From the NCBI GenBank assembly GCA_963815195.1, contig CAWFGE010000012.1, forward strand, positions 704,001 through 768,000: a stretch of 64,000 nt of DNA, given 5' to 3'. The stretch is from an uncultured Planctomycetaceae bacterium. Its GTDB lineage: Bacteria; Planctomycetota; Planctomycetia; Planctomycetales; Planctomycetaceae. Under the pieces are notes generated by a model that saw only the letters and a list, made by a program, of their open reading frames with translations, did no database searches and was not told where the DNA came from. The translations under genes were made by a program, and so were the position numbers. Shown piece by piece: positions 48,495 through 60,795 of this stretch. The first letter of the stretch is position 1, and each line of letters begins with the position of its first letter.

Positions 48495-50015
48495 TCAGCG
48501 GGGCGTGACTTCATGCGAATAACCGTCGTAGGACAGAACGGACGGGATGTCATCGATGACGGTCGCGATATGCACCGGCCGCGACCAGAGCTTCTCCAGG
48601 TTCTGGAGCGTGTCGCGGGCATAGTCCATCTTGAGTTCGACTCCCTGATATTGATGCTCCAAAAACAGTTCGCCGCGGTTCTTATAGTTGCCGTCCACCA
48701 CATAGATGAACGGCCGGCCAAAGTTTGTCAGCGAATGCAGTAGCTGCTGTTTGATCTTCTCGAACTCGCGGGAAGCGATTTCGTAGTAGTTGGTCGCCTC
48801 GTTATACGCAAACGAGAACATTTTATGTTTCGCGCAGAACTCCGGAGTGAGGAAGGTATCAATAAAGGTTAGGTCATTATGCACCCGCCGGACTTCGAAA
48901 ATCTTCTCGCGGCCGAGGCCGAGCTGTTTGTCCCAACGCTCTTTCTCGCGCACATCGTCGCAGCGGTCATAATCGGAACCAAACTGGCCTTTGTTCCAGC
49001 GTTCCTCGATGTCGCGAAAGAGTTCCAGCCCGAGCTTATAAGGGTTTAAGCGATTCGGGCTGGTGGCGACGGTGCCGCTGTGATGGTCGGCATAGCAGAC
49101 AAGCTCCGCATCCGTCAGCGCGTGCTGCGTCATGATCGTCGTATGCCAATAGCTGGCCCAGCCTTCGTTCATGATTTTCGTCTGCCCTTGCGGGGCGAAA
49201 TAGTAGGCCTCGTCGCGGATGATCGAAAGCACATCGTGCTGCCAATCCTGTAAGGGGGCGTTCTCCAACAGGAACAATAAGACATCGCGTTCGGGCTGGT
49301 CGGGGAAGCTGCGGCTGCGGATTTTCTCTTCCGCCTGCCGTTGCCGTTCCCGGGCTTCCGCAGCCAGGACTTCCGGCGGGTTGATAAAGTCGTCCATATA
49401 GCCTTTGGAAGGAAACCGGCCGGGCGAGTTCTCTTCGCGCTTCTCGTCCTTCTTCTGTTTCTCGGCCCGCGAGGGTTTGGTGTCTTTGCGCTTGATGAAC
49501 AGCGAATGCGGATCGATCAAGTCCTCGATCGACAGGCAGGCGTCGATGAACTCTTCCACGGGCTCGTAACCATAGCGGTCCACATAGCGGTTCACGCGGG
49601 CGGCGTGGTTGGCCATCTGGTCGAGCATCCGCCGATTCGTCTTGGAGAACCACGCATTATTCTTAAAAAAATCGCAGTGCCCATAGACATGCGCAATCAC
49701 AAGTTTCTGGTCGGTGATTTCATTCGCCGTCAGCAGGTACGCATAACACGGGTCGGTGTTGATGACCATTTCATAGATCTTTTGAAGACCATAGGAATAG
49801 CCTTTCATCAACTCGTCGAACTGGGCCCCGAACCGCCAGTGGGGATACCGCTGCGGAAAACCGCCGTAAGCGGCGAGCATGCTCATTTCTTCGTAGTCCA
49901 CCATTTCGAAAATGGTCTCGAAGAAATCCAATCCGTATTCGCTTGCTTTTTTTTCCAGGTCATCCTGGATGGCGCGAATGTTTTGAGGCAAAGGCCTATA
50001 GGTGCTAGTCGTCAT
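48495..50015 (-). CDS. spoVR: SpoVR family protein
   Basis: GFPQRYPHWRFG, KIYEMVINTDPCYAYL, AHVYGHCDFFKNN, YYFAPQGQTKIMNEGWASYWH, NPYKLG. Confidence 0.95.
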   Translation of the reverse strand: MTTSTYRPLPQNIRAIQDDLEKKASEYGLDFFETIFEMVDYEEMSMLAAYGGFPQRYPHWRFGAQFDELMKGYSYGLQKIYEMVINTDPCYAYLLTANEITDQKLVIAHVYGHCDFFKNNAWFSKTNRRMLDQMANHAARVNRYVDRYGYEPVEEFIDACLSIEDLIDPHSLFIKRKDTKPSRAEKQKKDEKREENSPGRFPSKGYMDDFINPPEVLAAEARERQRQAEEKIRSRSFPDQPERDVLLFLLENAPLQDWQHDVLSIIRDEAYYFAPQGQTKIMNEGWASYWHTTIMTQHALTDAELVCYADHHSGTVATSPNRLNPYKLGLELFRDIEERWNKGQFGSDYDRCDDVREKERWDKQLGLGREKIFEVRRVHNDLTFIDTFLTPEFCAKHKMFSFAYNEATNYYEIASREFEKIKQQLLHSLTNFGRPFIYVVDGNYKNRGELFLEHQYQGVELKMDYARDTLQNLEKLWSRPVHIATVIDDIPSVLSYDGYSHEVTPR

Positions 50016-50021
50016 GTTCGT

Positions 50022-50624
50022 CTATCCATTGTTTATGTCGCCATTACCGGCGTCGGATTTTGGGCGAGGCGGAAAGATTTCCGCAACTGGGCAAGCAAAT
50101 CCCGCCAACACAGATTCGCCGGAAAGTTGGTCGTCTTCCTTCAAAAGTTGCACGCTTCCGTCCGCCCGGTAAACCATCAGCGTGCGGGTGGCCGGATCAA
50201 TGACCCAGATCAGCGGCACGCGAGCGTCAAGATACTCGAACACTTTCCGAATCACATCCCCATAAAGATCATTCGGGGAAACGACTTCGGCCACGAGATC
50301 CGGAGCAATTCGGAGATGGCCGTCTGGCAGTTCGTCATCGGGTAAACGTCCCGCCTGAAGAAACGACACATCGGGCTTGCGGACGCGGTTGGGGTGATTG
50401 GGAAAACATTGGTAGCTCGAATCGGACGGGAAAACCCAACCGAGTTGTCGGTCCTGGTTTCGGAGATGGAGAGTCAACAATCCGAAAAGCTGCCCGGCAA
50501 TCCAGCTCGACTTGATTCCCATGTCCCGCTCCACAAGTTGGCCGTCCACGAGTTCGTAAAGATCCCCGTCGGGCATGGTCAGCAAGTCTTCTGCGGTATA
50601 ACTTGTAGAGATCGTGGTGCTCAT
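50022..50624 (-). CDS. Uma2 family (PD-(D/E)XK-like) endonuclease
   Basis: YELVDGQLV, RKPDVSF, APDLVAEVVSP, EYLDARVPLIWVIDP, VLAGFACPVAEIF. Confidence 0.9.
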   Translation of the reverse strand: MSTTISTSYTAEDLLTMPDGDLYELVDGQLVERDMGIKSSWIAGQLFGLLTLHLRNQDRQLGWVFPSDSSYQCFPNHPNRVRKPDVSFLQAGRLPDDELPDGHLRIAPDLVAEVVSPNDLYGDVIRKVFEYLDARVPLIWVIDPATRTLMVYRADGSVQLLKEDDQLSGESVLAGFACPVAEIFPPRPKSDAGNGDINNG

Positions 50625-50692
50625 GTCACTTACTCGGAACCTGGATTTCGTCAGGATTGTTCAAGGCGCTGCGATCACGGAGCGATCGGCGT

Positions 50693-51799
50693 TCAGCGTC
50701 CCGTTCCCAGAAACTCCTTAATGGAATCATAGATCGCTTCTTTATTCTCAATCTCAGACAGAACGAGGTTGTCCCACTCGTCCTGGATCCGCAATAGGTC
50801 GCGGATAAAGTCGCCGGAACCGTAGGGGCTTTCGACCTGGCCGTAACAGAACAGATTGCTGATGGGCAGGAGTTTTTCCTTGAGGATTTCGAGGCAGGTG
50901 TCGCTGTCTTCGCCCCAATTGTCGCCGTCGGAAAACTGGAAGCAGTAGATGTTCCATTCATCGGGCGGGAAGTCGCGCTGGATGATCTTCACCGCCCCGC
51001 GGTAGGCCGAGGAAATCCGCGTGCCGCCGCTTTCCCGCGTGCGGTAGAAGGTGTCTTCATCGACTTCGCGGGCGACGGCATCGTGGATGATGTACCGCCT
51101 TTGCACGCCGTCGTATTGTTTTTGCAGCCAGGTGTCGATCCAGAAGGATTCGATGCGGACGATCTCTTTTTGCTCGTCGGTCATCGAGCCGGAAACGTCC
51201 ATCATATAGATGATCGCGGCATTGGTTTCCGGTTCTTCCACCGTCTTCCAACTGCGAAACCGCTCGTCGTCGCTGGTGGGGATGATCACCGGCTTTTGGG
51301 GGTCGTATTGATTGGACGCGATCTGCCGGCGGAGGGCGCGTTTGTAGGTCCGCTTGAAATGCCTTAGCGAATCCGGCCCGGTTGGGCGGATGCTGGTGTA
51401 TTTGTCCTTCTTGGAGGAGATATTGTTTTTGCCTTTGGGTTCGATATTCGGGAGTTCGAGGGCTTCGCCGAGCATTTCCGCGAGTTCGTCGAGGGTGACT
51501 TCGACTTCGCGGATGTGGCCGCCCGGTTGATCGCCGGCTTGCCCCGCGCCGTCGCCGTCCTGCTGTCCGCGGCCGATGGGCTGGCCTTCCTCGCCTTCGC
51601 CTTGCCCGACGCCTCCGGACCCTTTCTGGCCGTGGCGGAAGTGGGGAATCTCCACGTTGGGGACGGGGATGCTCACCAGTTCCCGGCCTTTGCGGCCGAT
51701 CATCTCGCCGTGGGTGACATACTTCCGCAAGTTCTCGCGGACCTTGCCCCGCACGATTTTTTTGAAGCGCTGCGTGTCGCGATCAATGCTGCGGCTCAT
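50693..51799 (-). CDS. DUF444 / YeaH-YhbH family vWA-like protein
   Basis: [39 protein letters not shown] (MIDAS), [26 protein letters not shown]. Confidence 0.92.
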   Translation of the reverse strand: MSRSIDRDTQRFKKIVRGKVRENLRKYVTHGEMIGRKGRELVSIPVPNVEIPHFRHGQKGSGGVGQGEGEEGQPIGRGQQDGDGAGQAGDQPGGHIREVEVTLDELAEMLGEALELPNIEPKGKNNISSKKDKYTSIRPTGPDSLRHFKRTYKRALRRQIASNQYDPQKPVIIPTSDDERFRSWKTVEEPETNAAIIYMMDVSGSMTDEQKEIVRIESFWIDTWLQKQYDGVQRRYIIHDAVAREVDEDTFYRTRESGGTRISSAYRGAVKIIQRDFPPDEWNIYCFQFSDGDNWGEDSDTCLEILKEKLLPISNLFCYGQVESPYGSGDFIRDLLRIQDEWDNLVLSEIENKEAIYDSIKEFLGTGR

Positions 51800-52467
51800 G
51801 ATTTGTTCTCTTTCTGTTCCGTCGCTTTTGCTTGCCCCGCGGCGAACAGGGCCGACACGTCCAAGGCGAACTCCGGCAGCAACACGGACGTGGCCGACTG
51901 TCCCTTGGTGAAGTTCCCATGCTCGCGGTAGCGTTCGCCATCGAGCGCGAGGATAAGGACGGTTTTGGTTTCCGGATCGATGATCCAATACTCGCTGATC
52001 CCCGCCTGGGCGTATTCGTCGCGTTTGGTTTCGAGGTCGCGTTTGCGAGCTTCCTCGCCGGGACTAACAATTTCGACGACCAGGTCGGCTCCGTTTGGCT
52101 GGCGAGTCAGATCCGTCAATCGTTCATGGCGAAGGAACACAATGTCCGGTTCGCGAAATTGTCCCTTCCAGAGCCGAATCGCCATCGGAGACGGAAAAAC
52201 CATCCCCAAATCCCGCTCGGAAACGTATTGTCTAAGGTGATCCAAGACGAAGAGCAGGAACAATTGATGCAGCGGTGGAGGCATCGGCAAAAACTCCAGG
52301 CAGCCATTGGAGAGTTCGATCAGACGGTTGGTGTCCAATGCGAGGTATTCCGCCTCCGTCCATTGCCCTTGCTCGGGGTAGAGATACGCAATCTCCCAGG
52401 TGGGTGTGCCCTTTTGGGATCGCACTTTCGCTGTCTGGGCGGGTTGGACTTCTGTTTGGGTGCTCAT
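51796..52467 (-). CDS. Uma2 family endonuclease
   Basis: [57 protein letters not shown]; stop overlaps the DUF444 start (ATGA). Confidence 0.92.
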   Translation of the reverse strand: MSTQTEVQPAQTAKVRSQKGTPTWEIAYLYPEQGQWTEAEYLALDTNRLIELSNGCLEFLPMPPPLHQLFLLFVLDHLRQYVSERDLGMVFPSPMAIRLWKGQFREPDIVFLRHERLTDLTRQPNGADLVVEIVSPGEEARKRDLETKRDEYAQAGISEYWIIDPETKTVLILALDGERYREHGNFTKGQSATSVLLPEFALDVSALFAAGQAKATEQKENKS

Positions 52468-52518
52468 GCTCGATGCCCGTTCGAATGATTCTGTTTCAGT
52501 TGCAGATGAGACTTCCGC

Positions 52519-53187
52519 TCATGACTCATTCTGTTTCTCTTCGATTTCCGTCTGGCCTGCGGCAAATAGGGCCGCGACGTCCACGGCGAACTCCGGCAAC
52601 AACACGGACGTGGCCGACTGCCCTTTGGTGAAGTTCCCATGCTCGTGGTAGCTCTCGCCTTCGAGCGCGAGGACGGTGACGGTTTCAGCTTCCGGATCGA
52701 TAACCCAATACTCACTGATCCCCGCTTGGGCGTATTCCTTGCGTTTGGTTTCGAGATCCCTTGTTCGAGCCTCTTCGCCGGGACTGACGACTTCAACAAC
52801 CAGATCCGCTCCATTGGGCGGAGTCCGACGATCTATGATGCGTTCGGGTTTGACATACACGACGTCCGGCTCGCGAATTTTTCTCGGGATCGTACGAATT
52901 CGGAGCGGTGCAAAATAGACCCGGCCAAGATTCTGTTGCTCGACGAGCGAAAGCAAAAGCTTATACACAAACGCAACCAAGTCCTGGTGAAACATGTCCG
53001 GCATCGGCAGGAACTCCAAATGTCCATCGCAGAACTCGATGAGCTGATTGGTGTCCAAGGCAAGGTATTCCCCTTCCGTCCACATGCCCTGATCGGGAAA
53101 CAGGAGGGCGATCTCCCAGGTCGGCGTTCCCTTTTGGGAGCGAACTTCAGGAATCTCGGTTGTTTGGGGTTCTGTTTGGGTGCTCAT
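52519..53187 (-). CDS. Uma2 family endonuclease (paralogue of 51796..52467)
   Basis: [57 protein letters not shown]. Confidence 0.92.
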   Translation of the reverse strand: MSTQTEPQTTEIPEVRSQKGTPTWEIALLFPDQGMWTEGEYLALDTNQLIEFCDGHLEFLPMPDMFHQDLVAFVYKLLLSLVEQQNLGRVYFAPLRIRTIPRKIREPDVVYVKPERIIDRRTPPNGADLVVEVVSPGEEARTRDLETKRKEYAQAGISEYWVIDPEAETVTVLALEGESYHEHGNFTKGQSATSVLLPEFAVDVAALFAAGQTEIEEKQNES

Positions 53188-53305
53188 GCTTGATGCCCCG
53201 GTTTGGTGTTGATGACTCGAAAGTGCATCCACCTCCTGTGTTATTGGCCGCACGGCTATTTTCGCACGAACCGGCCGGCTTACGCCGGCCGCTCGCCGTT
53301 TTGAC

Positions 53306-55363
<2,058 letters not shown>

Positions 55364-55396
55364 ACTATCCTTCCCCTTGAAATGAAAACCGTTGAC

Positions 55397-55645
55397 GTCA
55401 CCCTCAAAGCCCCTTGCGAAGCGGGACTTTGTTCCGGCCCGGCGGTTCAGGAAGGAAAACTCCTGTTAGCGCAGGCTGAACCTCCTCGTCCTGACCGAGC
55501 CATAAAAAATGGCACCGGAAAGGCGAGGTGAGGGATGACCATCCATGGTCCAATACCGAATTGTGAAAAACGTGGGAACGAATCTTCCCCCACCAGGGTG
55601 GTGCGGGAAACTCTTTGAATGGAATCCTCCGCAGATCCCATTCCC
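55397..55645 (-). promoter_or_regulatory. Candidate structured 5' leader RNA of the prkA operon
   Basis: Closing stem gtcaccctca (55397) / tgagggatgac (55529) encloses three hairpins; two further hairpins lie at 55584-55609 and 55617-55643. Confidence 0.4.
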
Positions 55646-55959
55646 TTTAGGTGAGCATTAGAATTATCGCAAGTTTTAAGGTCGTGGCAATATCAATGTT
55701 TGTTTGTCAGCAGAAAACCTGCGGAAACAATAGAGGTTGGGACGGGAAAACTGATAGGTCGAGAAAAAGCCGAATTGCTCAAAACTCCTAAAAAACTAGG
55801 GGGATTTCCCGGTAACCTAGTCAAAAAACCAGGTGTCCAGTCCGGATTTCCCTCGCTTTCCGATCAAACCGAAAATCCGACACCTTGAACCGGAGCTATC
55901 AGGAATGGTACGGTTCAAGGAGATTCGACTTTCACAAAAACGGGAAAGAAGGCGGCAGC

Positions 55960-56916
55960 ATGAATCCTCTCCTCATCATCGGCTTGTTGATCGGCGGGCT
56001 GATCGGCCTGGTGTTGATCTTCGCGATGGGCACGTATTTTAGTTTGTGGTTCCGGGCGTTCGTCACGCGGGCCCGGGTGGGGCTGCCGACGCTGGTGATG
56101 ATGTCCTTGCGGAAAGTCAATCCGCGGGTGATCGTCGAATCCAAAATCATGGTCGTGCAAGCCGGGCTGTCGGGGATTTCCAACGCGGAGCTCGAAGCCC
56201 ATTACCTCTCGGGTGGGAACGTCCGGCGGACGGTGCAGGCCATGATCATCGCGCACCGGGCGGACATTCCGCTGGTTTGGAACACCGCCGCCGCGATCGA
56301 TCTGGCCGGCCGGGACATTTTGGACGCGGTCCGCATGAGTGTCGATCCCAAGGTCATCGACTGCCCCGACCCGCGCGTGCCGCCCGGCCGGACCACGCTG
56401 GATGCGATCGCCAAGAACGGCATTCAATTGAAAGTCCAAGCCCGCGTCACGGTGCGGTCGAATCTGGAGCAGCTCGTGGGCGGTGCCGCGGAGGAAACGG
56501 TGATCGCCCGCGTGGGCGAAGGCATCGTCTCGGCGATCGGCTCGTCGGAAACGCATTCTGACGTCTTGTCCAATCCGATGGTCATCGCCCGCCGGGTCTT
56601 GGAACGGGGCCTCGATTCGCAGACGGCGTTCGAGATCGTGTCCATCGACATCGCCAACATCGACGTGGGCGAGAACGTGGGAGCGAGGCTGCAAGTCGAT
56701 CAAGCCGAAGCCGACGTCCGCGTGGCCCGCGCGCATGCGGAAGAACGCCGAGCCCGAGCCGTCGCCGCCGAGCAGGAAATGCTGGCCCTCACCGTGGAGA
56801 ACCGGGCCCAAGTCGTGCTCGCCGAAGCCGAGATCCCCAAAGCCGCCGCCGAAGCCTTCCGCACGGGAAACCTGGGCGGCAAAAAGCGAAGGCAGAAACA
56901 GAACGGGATGGGGTGA
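55960..56916 (+). CDS. floA: Flotillin-like protein FloA (YqfA family)
   Basis: N-terminal [86 protein letters not shown]. Confidence 0.93.
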   Translation: MNPLLIIGLLIGGLIGLVLIFAMGTYFSLWFRAFVTRARVGLPTLVMMSLRKVNPRVIVESKIMVVQAGLSGISNAELEAHYLSGGNVRRTVQAMIIAHRADIPLVWNTAAAIDLAGRDILDAVRMSVDPKVIDCPDPRVPPGRTTLDAIAKNGIQLKVQARVTVRSNLEQLVGGAAEETVIARVGEGIVSAIGSSETHSDVLSNPMVIARRVLERGLDSQTAFEIVSIDIANIDVGENVGARLQVDQAEADVRVARAHAEERRARAVAAEQEMLALTVENRAQVVLAEAEIPKAAAEAFRTGNLGGKKRRQKQNGMG

Positions 56917-56945
56917 GAATATTTCATCACTAAACGACAGTCGCC

Positions 56946-57968
56946 ATGTCATCGTCCATTTCAAACTGTCCGTGGACAACCGATTTTTTCATCGCCGTGT
57001 CGATGATTCTTTGGTTCTTGACACCAAGAAGCCAAGCCGCACCGCCCGAGCGAAAAGTGGATCCCGCGATCCAAAAGCTTATAGAAAAAGCCGTGGCTGC
57101 GAGGGACGCCGCTCGAAAAGCCATCCCCCGCGCTCGCGGTGCGGGAACCTACAAGGTGACGATAACCGAGAAGGATCAGACCGTCAGTTACAAAGAGCGG
57201 TCCGAGTTTCGAATGGCGTTCAACCGCCCCGACCACTTTATCCAATTCCGCTACAAGCCGGGTGCGGGATATGAAGATCCCGATGTTTATGCCCGGGTGG
57301 TTCTCTCCCAAGACAAGGCGATTTGTGAAAGCCGGTTCTGCCAGCGCATCGCCGGTGGCGCGGAGGCTCAAATCACCGAAGCCGTCGAAAACGGTTCGCT
57401 GGCCCCGGTGGCGTGGATGTCCGGCGATCTCTTTGGCTATTACAGCTCCATCGAAAATCTTCTGAAGAACAAACGGCTGCGGCTTTCCCTCCAAGACAAA
57501 AACGGCCTGAAGGTCGTGACGGGGAGGAACGCAAAAAAGACATACGCGATAGAGTTTTCGATCGATCCCCAAAACGGCGACCACATCGTTCGTTACCGTC
57601 TCTGGAATTTCACCGGAAAGAAACCATTCGCAAGCACCGATGTCACGCGGGAATGGAAGAAGACGGGCAAGCTGTGGTACGTCAAACGCTGTTTTTATGG
57701 CGCCAAATCTCACATGGACGGCATTGTTCATCAAACCGAAGAGATCGAACTTGTGCTCGATACCTTTGAGCCGAACGTCGAGATCCCGAAAGAAGTCTTC
57801 ACCGTGCATGCCCTGGGATTGCCCGAGGGCGTACGAATCCTTCCCAATGATCCAAACGATCCCGACGAGCCGATCGAACGCTATCAGCCCGATCCCAAGT
57901 TCGACGTCTCCAAAGTCGAGCGAGTCGTCGGCAAACTTCCAAAGGTGAAGCCAAAGACGAATCCGTGA
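56946..57968 (+). CDS. Hypothetical exported protein
   Basis: Hydrophobic N-terminus ending SQA, beta-rich Lys-rich body, C-terminal FEPNVEIPKEVFT (LolA/LolB-like ending); start uncertain. Confidence 0.65.
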   Translation: MSSSISNCPWTTDFFIAVSMILWFLTPRSQAAPPERKVDPAIQKLIEKAVAARDAARKAIPRARGAGTYKVTITEKDQTVSYKERSEFRMAFNRPDHFIQFRYKPGAGYEDPDVYARVVLSQDKAICESRFCQRIAGGAEAQITEAVENGSLAPVAWMSGDLFGYYSSIENLLKNKRLRLSLQDKNGLKVVTGRNAKKTYAIEFSIDPQNGDHIVRYRLWNFTGKKPFASTDVTREWKKTGKLWYVKRCFYGAKSHMDGIVHQTEEIELVLDTFEPNVEIPKEVFTVHALGLPEGVRILPNDPNDPDEPIERYQPDPKFDVSKVERVVGKLPKVKPKTNP

Positions 57969-57972
57969 CCGA

Positions 57973-58749
57973 TCACAGCATCCGCAGAATGAGTCTGATG
58001 CCGACGAAACACAGCGCCGCGGCGAGCAGGCGGACGATCAAAGAGCCTTGGACTTTCGAGGAGAGCGCGGCTCCCAACGGGGCACCCATCATCACGCCCA
58101 CCGCCAGGTACATCGTGCGGTTGAGGCCTTCGGAAAATTCCCCCATCACGACGTGGGTGATGGTCGCGGTGAGGGCCATGAAGGTTAACACGAAATGCGA
58201 GGTCGCGGTCGCCGAGTGCGGAGGCATGCGGAGCACGCGGATCAAAAACGGCACGTGAATGATCCCGCCGCCGATGCCTAAAAGACTCGACAACACGGCG
58301 ATATAGGCGCTGCCGATGGAGCCGAGCCGGGCGTGCGGCGTGTCGGTGCCGGTGCTCTCGACGCCGGTTTCGAGTTCCCGGCCGCCTAAGGGATCGCGGA
58401 TCAAAAACGCGCCGATGCCGAACAACAAGACGCCGAACAAGAGGTCAAACAGCGTCCGGGGCACCTCATGCACCAACTGCACGCCGAGGATCGCCCCCGG
58501 CACGCCCGCGATGGAAAACAGCGTCCCCGCGTAATAATTGATCCGGCCCATCCGCATATAGGCGATGGTCCCGCTGTAGGCGTTGAAGAACACCACACCC
58601 AAGGAGATGGCCGTCACCGACGCGGGCGTCGCATCGGGCAACATAAAGAGCAGCACCGGCACCAACACGGAACCGCCCCCCGCACCCACCAGAGTGCCGT
58701 AAGCGCCCACGGCAAAACCCAACGGGGCCAGGTATGCAAATTCCACCAT
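57973..58749 (-). CDS. TauE/SafE (TSUP) family membrane transporter
   Basis: GTLVGAGGGSVLVP and SLLGIGGGIIHVP duplicated motifs, ATATSH, about 8 TM segments. Confidence 0.92.
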   Translation of the reverse strand: MVEFAYLAPLGFAVGAYGTLVGAGGGSVLVPVLLFMLPDATPASVTAISLGVVFFNAYSGTIAYMRMGRINYYAGTLFSIAGVPGAILGVQLVHEVPRTLFDLLFGVLLFGIGAFLIRDPLGGRELETGVESTGTDTPHARLGSIGSAYIAVLSSLLGIGGGIIHVPFLIRVLRMPPHSATATSHFVLTFMALTATITHVVMGEFSEGLNRTMYLAVGVMMGAPLGAALSSKVQGSLIVRLLAAALCFVGIRLILRML

Positions 58750-58776
58750 GTCCGGCGTCACGAGGGCGAGCCTCCG

Positions 58777-58947
58777 TCAAATCTGAAAATCAAAATAATC
58801 CTGTTGGCGGTCCCGGTCGGGCTTGGGTGTGGGCCGGCCATTCGGGGATTCGGGCCACAGCCGCCGCGTCACCACTTCCGCGAGATAGCCCCACAGAAAC
58901 GGAACGACCGCGACGGCCAAAATCAACAAAACGGTCTCGGTCTTCAT
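58777..58947 (-). CDS. Small single-TM protein (56 aa)
   Basis: MKTETVLLILAVAVVPFLWG...DYFDFQI; GAGAG upstream; ends just before the TauE RBS. Confidence 0.5.
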   Translation of the reverse strand: MKTETVLLILAVAVVPFLWGYLAEVVTRRLWPESPNGRPTPKPDRDRQQDYFDFQI

Positions 58948-58974
58948 CGGCGAAACACAACTTTCTCTCAGCCA

Positions 58975-59185
58975 AATGAGCGGCACGGCGCTAGCCGCCG
59001 GTCTGGATATCGGCGGGTTCCCCTTCATCGACCGGAGGCTACGCGCCTACCGCTCACAAAATGAGCGGCACGGCGCTAGCCGCCGGTCTGGATATCGGCG
59101 GGTTCCCCTTCATCGACCGGAGGCTAGCGCCTACCGCTCACAAAATGAGCGGCACGGCGCTAGCCGCCGGTCTGGATATCGGCGG
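58975..59185. repeat. Tandem repeat, about 2.5 copies of an 84-85 bp REP-derived unit (family A)
   Basis: aatgagcggcacggcgctagccgccggtctggatatcggcgggttccccttcatcgaccggaggcta(c)gcgcctaccgctcacaa repeated with an identical interior. Confidence 0.92.
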
Positions 59186-59313
59186 TGATCCGCATTGTAG
59201 GGGCAATGACCGGATCGGCAAAGCCAGGGAGCGCGGCGTTGTAATCTCCGGCGATCCTTGGCAGGATGTTTTTGTTGTGAGACGAAAACCACCGGGATGG
59301 GGAGTGGGCGACC

Positions 59314-60795
59314 ATGCGAATCGGGATCATCGCTTTTTTGCAGGAATCCAACACCTTCGTCTCCGAGGCGACGACGTTGAATCACTTCGAGGAGGATTTG
59401 CTGGCCGAGGGCGAAGCGGTCCACGAACGGCTGGCGGCGGCCCATCACGAAGTCGGCGGATTTTTTGCGGGGCTGGAGGAAGAACGCTTGGAAGCCGTGC
59501 CGCTGTTCGCCGCCCGCGCCGTGCCGCACGGCACGATGACCGACGACACGCTCGAAGCGCTGCTGTCGCGGATGTTCGATTGCCTGAACGCCGCCGGCCC
59601 GCTCGATGGATTGCTCTTGGCAGCCCACGGGGCGACAGTCAGCCAGTCCGTCCCGGATGTGGATGGCTATTGGCTGGGCAAGATTCGAGAAACGGTCGGA
59701 TCGAAAACGCCGATCGTGGCCACGCTCGATCCGCATGCGAATCTGTCGCCCAAGATGGTGGCCGCGACCGATGCGTTGGTCGCGTATCAAACGAACCCGC
59801 ATCTCGATCAACGACAGCGCGGCAGGGAAGCGGCGAAGATTCTAGCGGCGGCCGTTCGTGGTGAAGCCCGGCCCACCGGGGCCGCTTCTTTTCCGCCGCT
59901 CGCGATCAACATCGAACGCCAACTCACCGACGAAGAACCCTGCCGCGGCGTGTTCCAGAAAGCGAAGAAACTCGCCGAACGAGAGGATGTGCTCTCGGCG
60001 AGCGTGATTCTGGGCTTTCCCTATGCGGACGTGGCCGAGATGGGTTCCTCGGCCGTGGTGGTGACGAACGATAATCCCGAACTCGTGCGCCGGTTGGCGG
60101 AGGAATTGGGGCAGATGCTTTGGGAGCGACGGGAGGATTTCGTGGGCACGTTCATCGATCCCCAAGATGCGATTCAGGAAGCCCTCGCGCGGGAGCCGCC
60201 GGTGTGCTTGTTGGACATGGGCGACAACGCGGGCGGCGGTTCGCCGGCGGACGGCACAATCCTTGCGCACCTGTTGATCGAGCAGCGAGCGAATGGCTTC
60301 GTGTGCCTCTATGATCCCGCCGCCGCCCAAGCCGCCGAGCAAACCGGAGTTGGAAGAAGATCGCGATTGGAGATGGGCGGCAAAACCGACGACCTGCACG
60401 GTCCGCCGATCTCCGCCGAAGTGGAAGTGCTTTCCCTCCACGATGGCCTCTTCACCGAAAGCAGGCCCCGGCACGGTGGATCGTCCCGGTTCGATCAGGG
60501 CCGAACCGCAATTGTCCGCACGGACAGCGGTTTAACGATCATGCTGACCTCGCGCCGCCAACCGCCGTTCAGCTTGTCGCAGCTCACGCAGTTCGGTTTG
60601 AAGCCGGAATCGTTTCGCGTGATCGTCGCCAAGGGCGTGCATGCTCCGGTCGCGGCGTATCGCGAAGTCTGCCGGAGTTTCATCCGCGTCAACACCCCCG
60701 GCGTCACCGCCGCCGACATGCGGCTTCTGCCTTACCAACACCGCCGCCGGCCGATGTTCCCGTTTGAACCGGACACACAGTGGAGCCCTTCATGA
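59314..60795 (+). CDS. M81 family metallopeptidase (MlrC-like)
   Basis: QESNTF, HGA, LDPHAN, YQTNPHLD, GFPYADV, DMGDNAGGG. Confidence 0.92.
   Translation: MRIGIIAFLQESNTFVSEATTLNHFEEDLLAEGEAVHERLAAAHHEVGGFFAGLEEERLEAVPLFAARAVPHGTMTDDTLEALLSRMFDCLNAAGPLDGLLLAAHGATVSQSVPDVDGYWLGKIRETVGSKTPIVATLDPHANLSPKMVAATDALVAYQTNPHLDQRQRGREAAKILAAAVRGEARPTGAASFPPLAINIERQLTDEEPCRGVFQKAKKLAEREDVLSASVILGFPYADVAEMGSSAVVVTNDNPELVRRLAEELGQMLWERREDFVGTFIDPQDAIQEALAREPPVCLLDMGDNAGGGSPADGTILAHLLIEQRANGFVCLYDPAAAQAAEQTGVGRRSRLEMGGKTDDLHGPPISAEVEVLSLHDGLFTESRPRHGGSSRFDQGRTAIVRTDSGLTIMLTSRRQPPFSLSQLTQFGLKPESFRVIVAKGVHAPVAAYREVCRSFIRVNTPGVTAADMRLLPYQHRRRPMFPFEPDTQWSPS

Noticed and set aside
51796..53187. Diversity-generating retroelement template/variable pair
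   Set aside because: Both copies are full genes, differences in the shared region are largely synonymous and not adenine-specific, and no reverse transcriptase is present in the window.
58975..59185. Possible CRISPR array or repeat-protein ORFs (MSGTALAAG...)
   Set aside because: The intervening sequences are identical between units, and the ORFs are just translations of the REP repeat.
59314..60795. Microcystin degradation (mlr) cluster
   Set aside because: Only an MlrC/M81-family peptidase is present; no mlrA, mlrB or mlrD neighbours.
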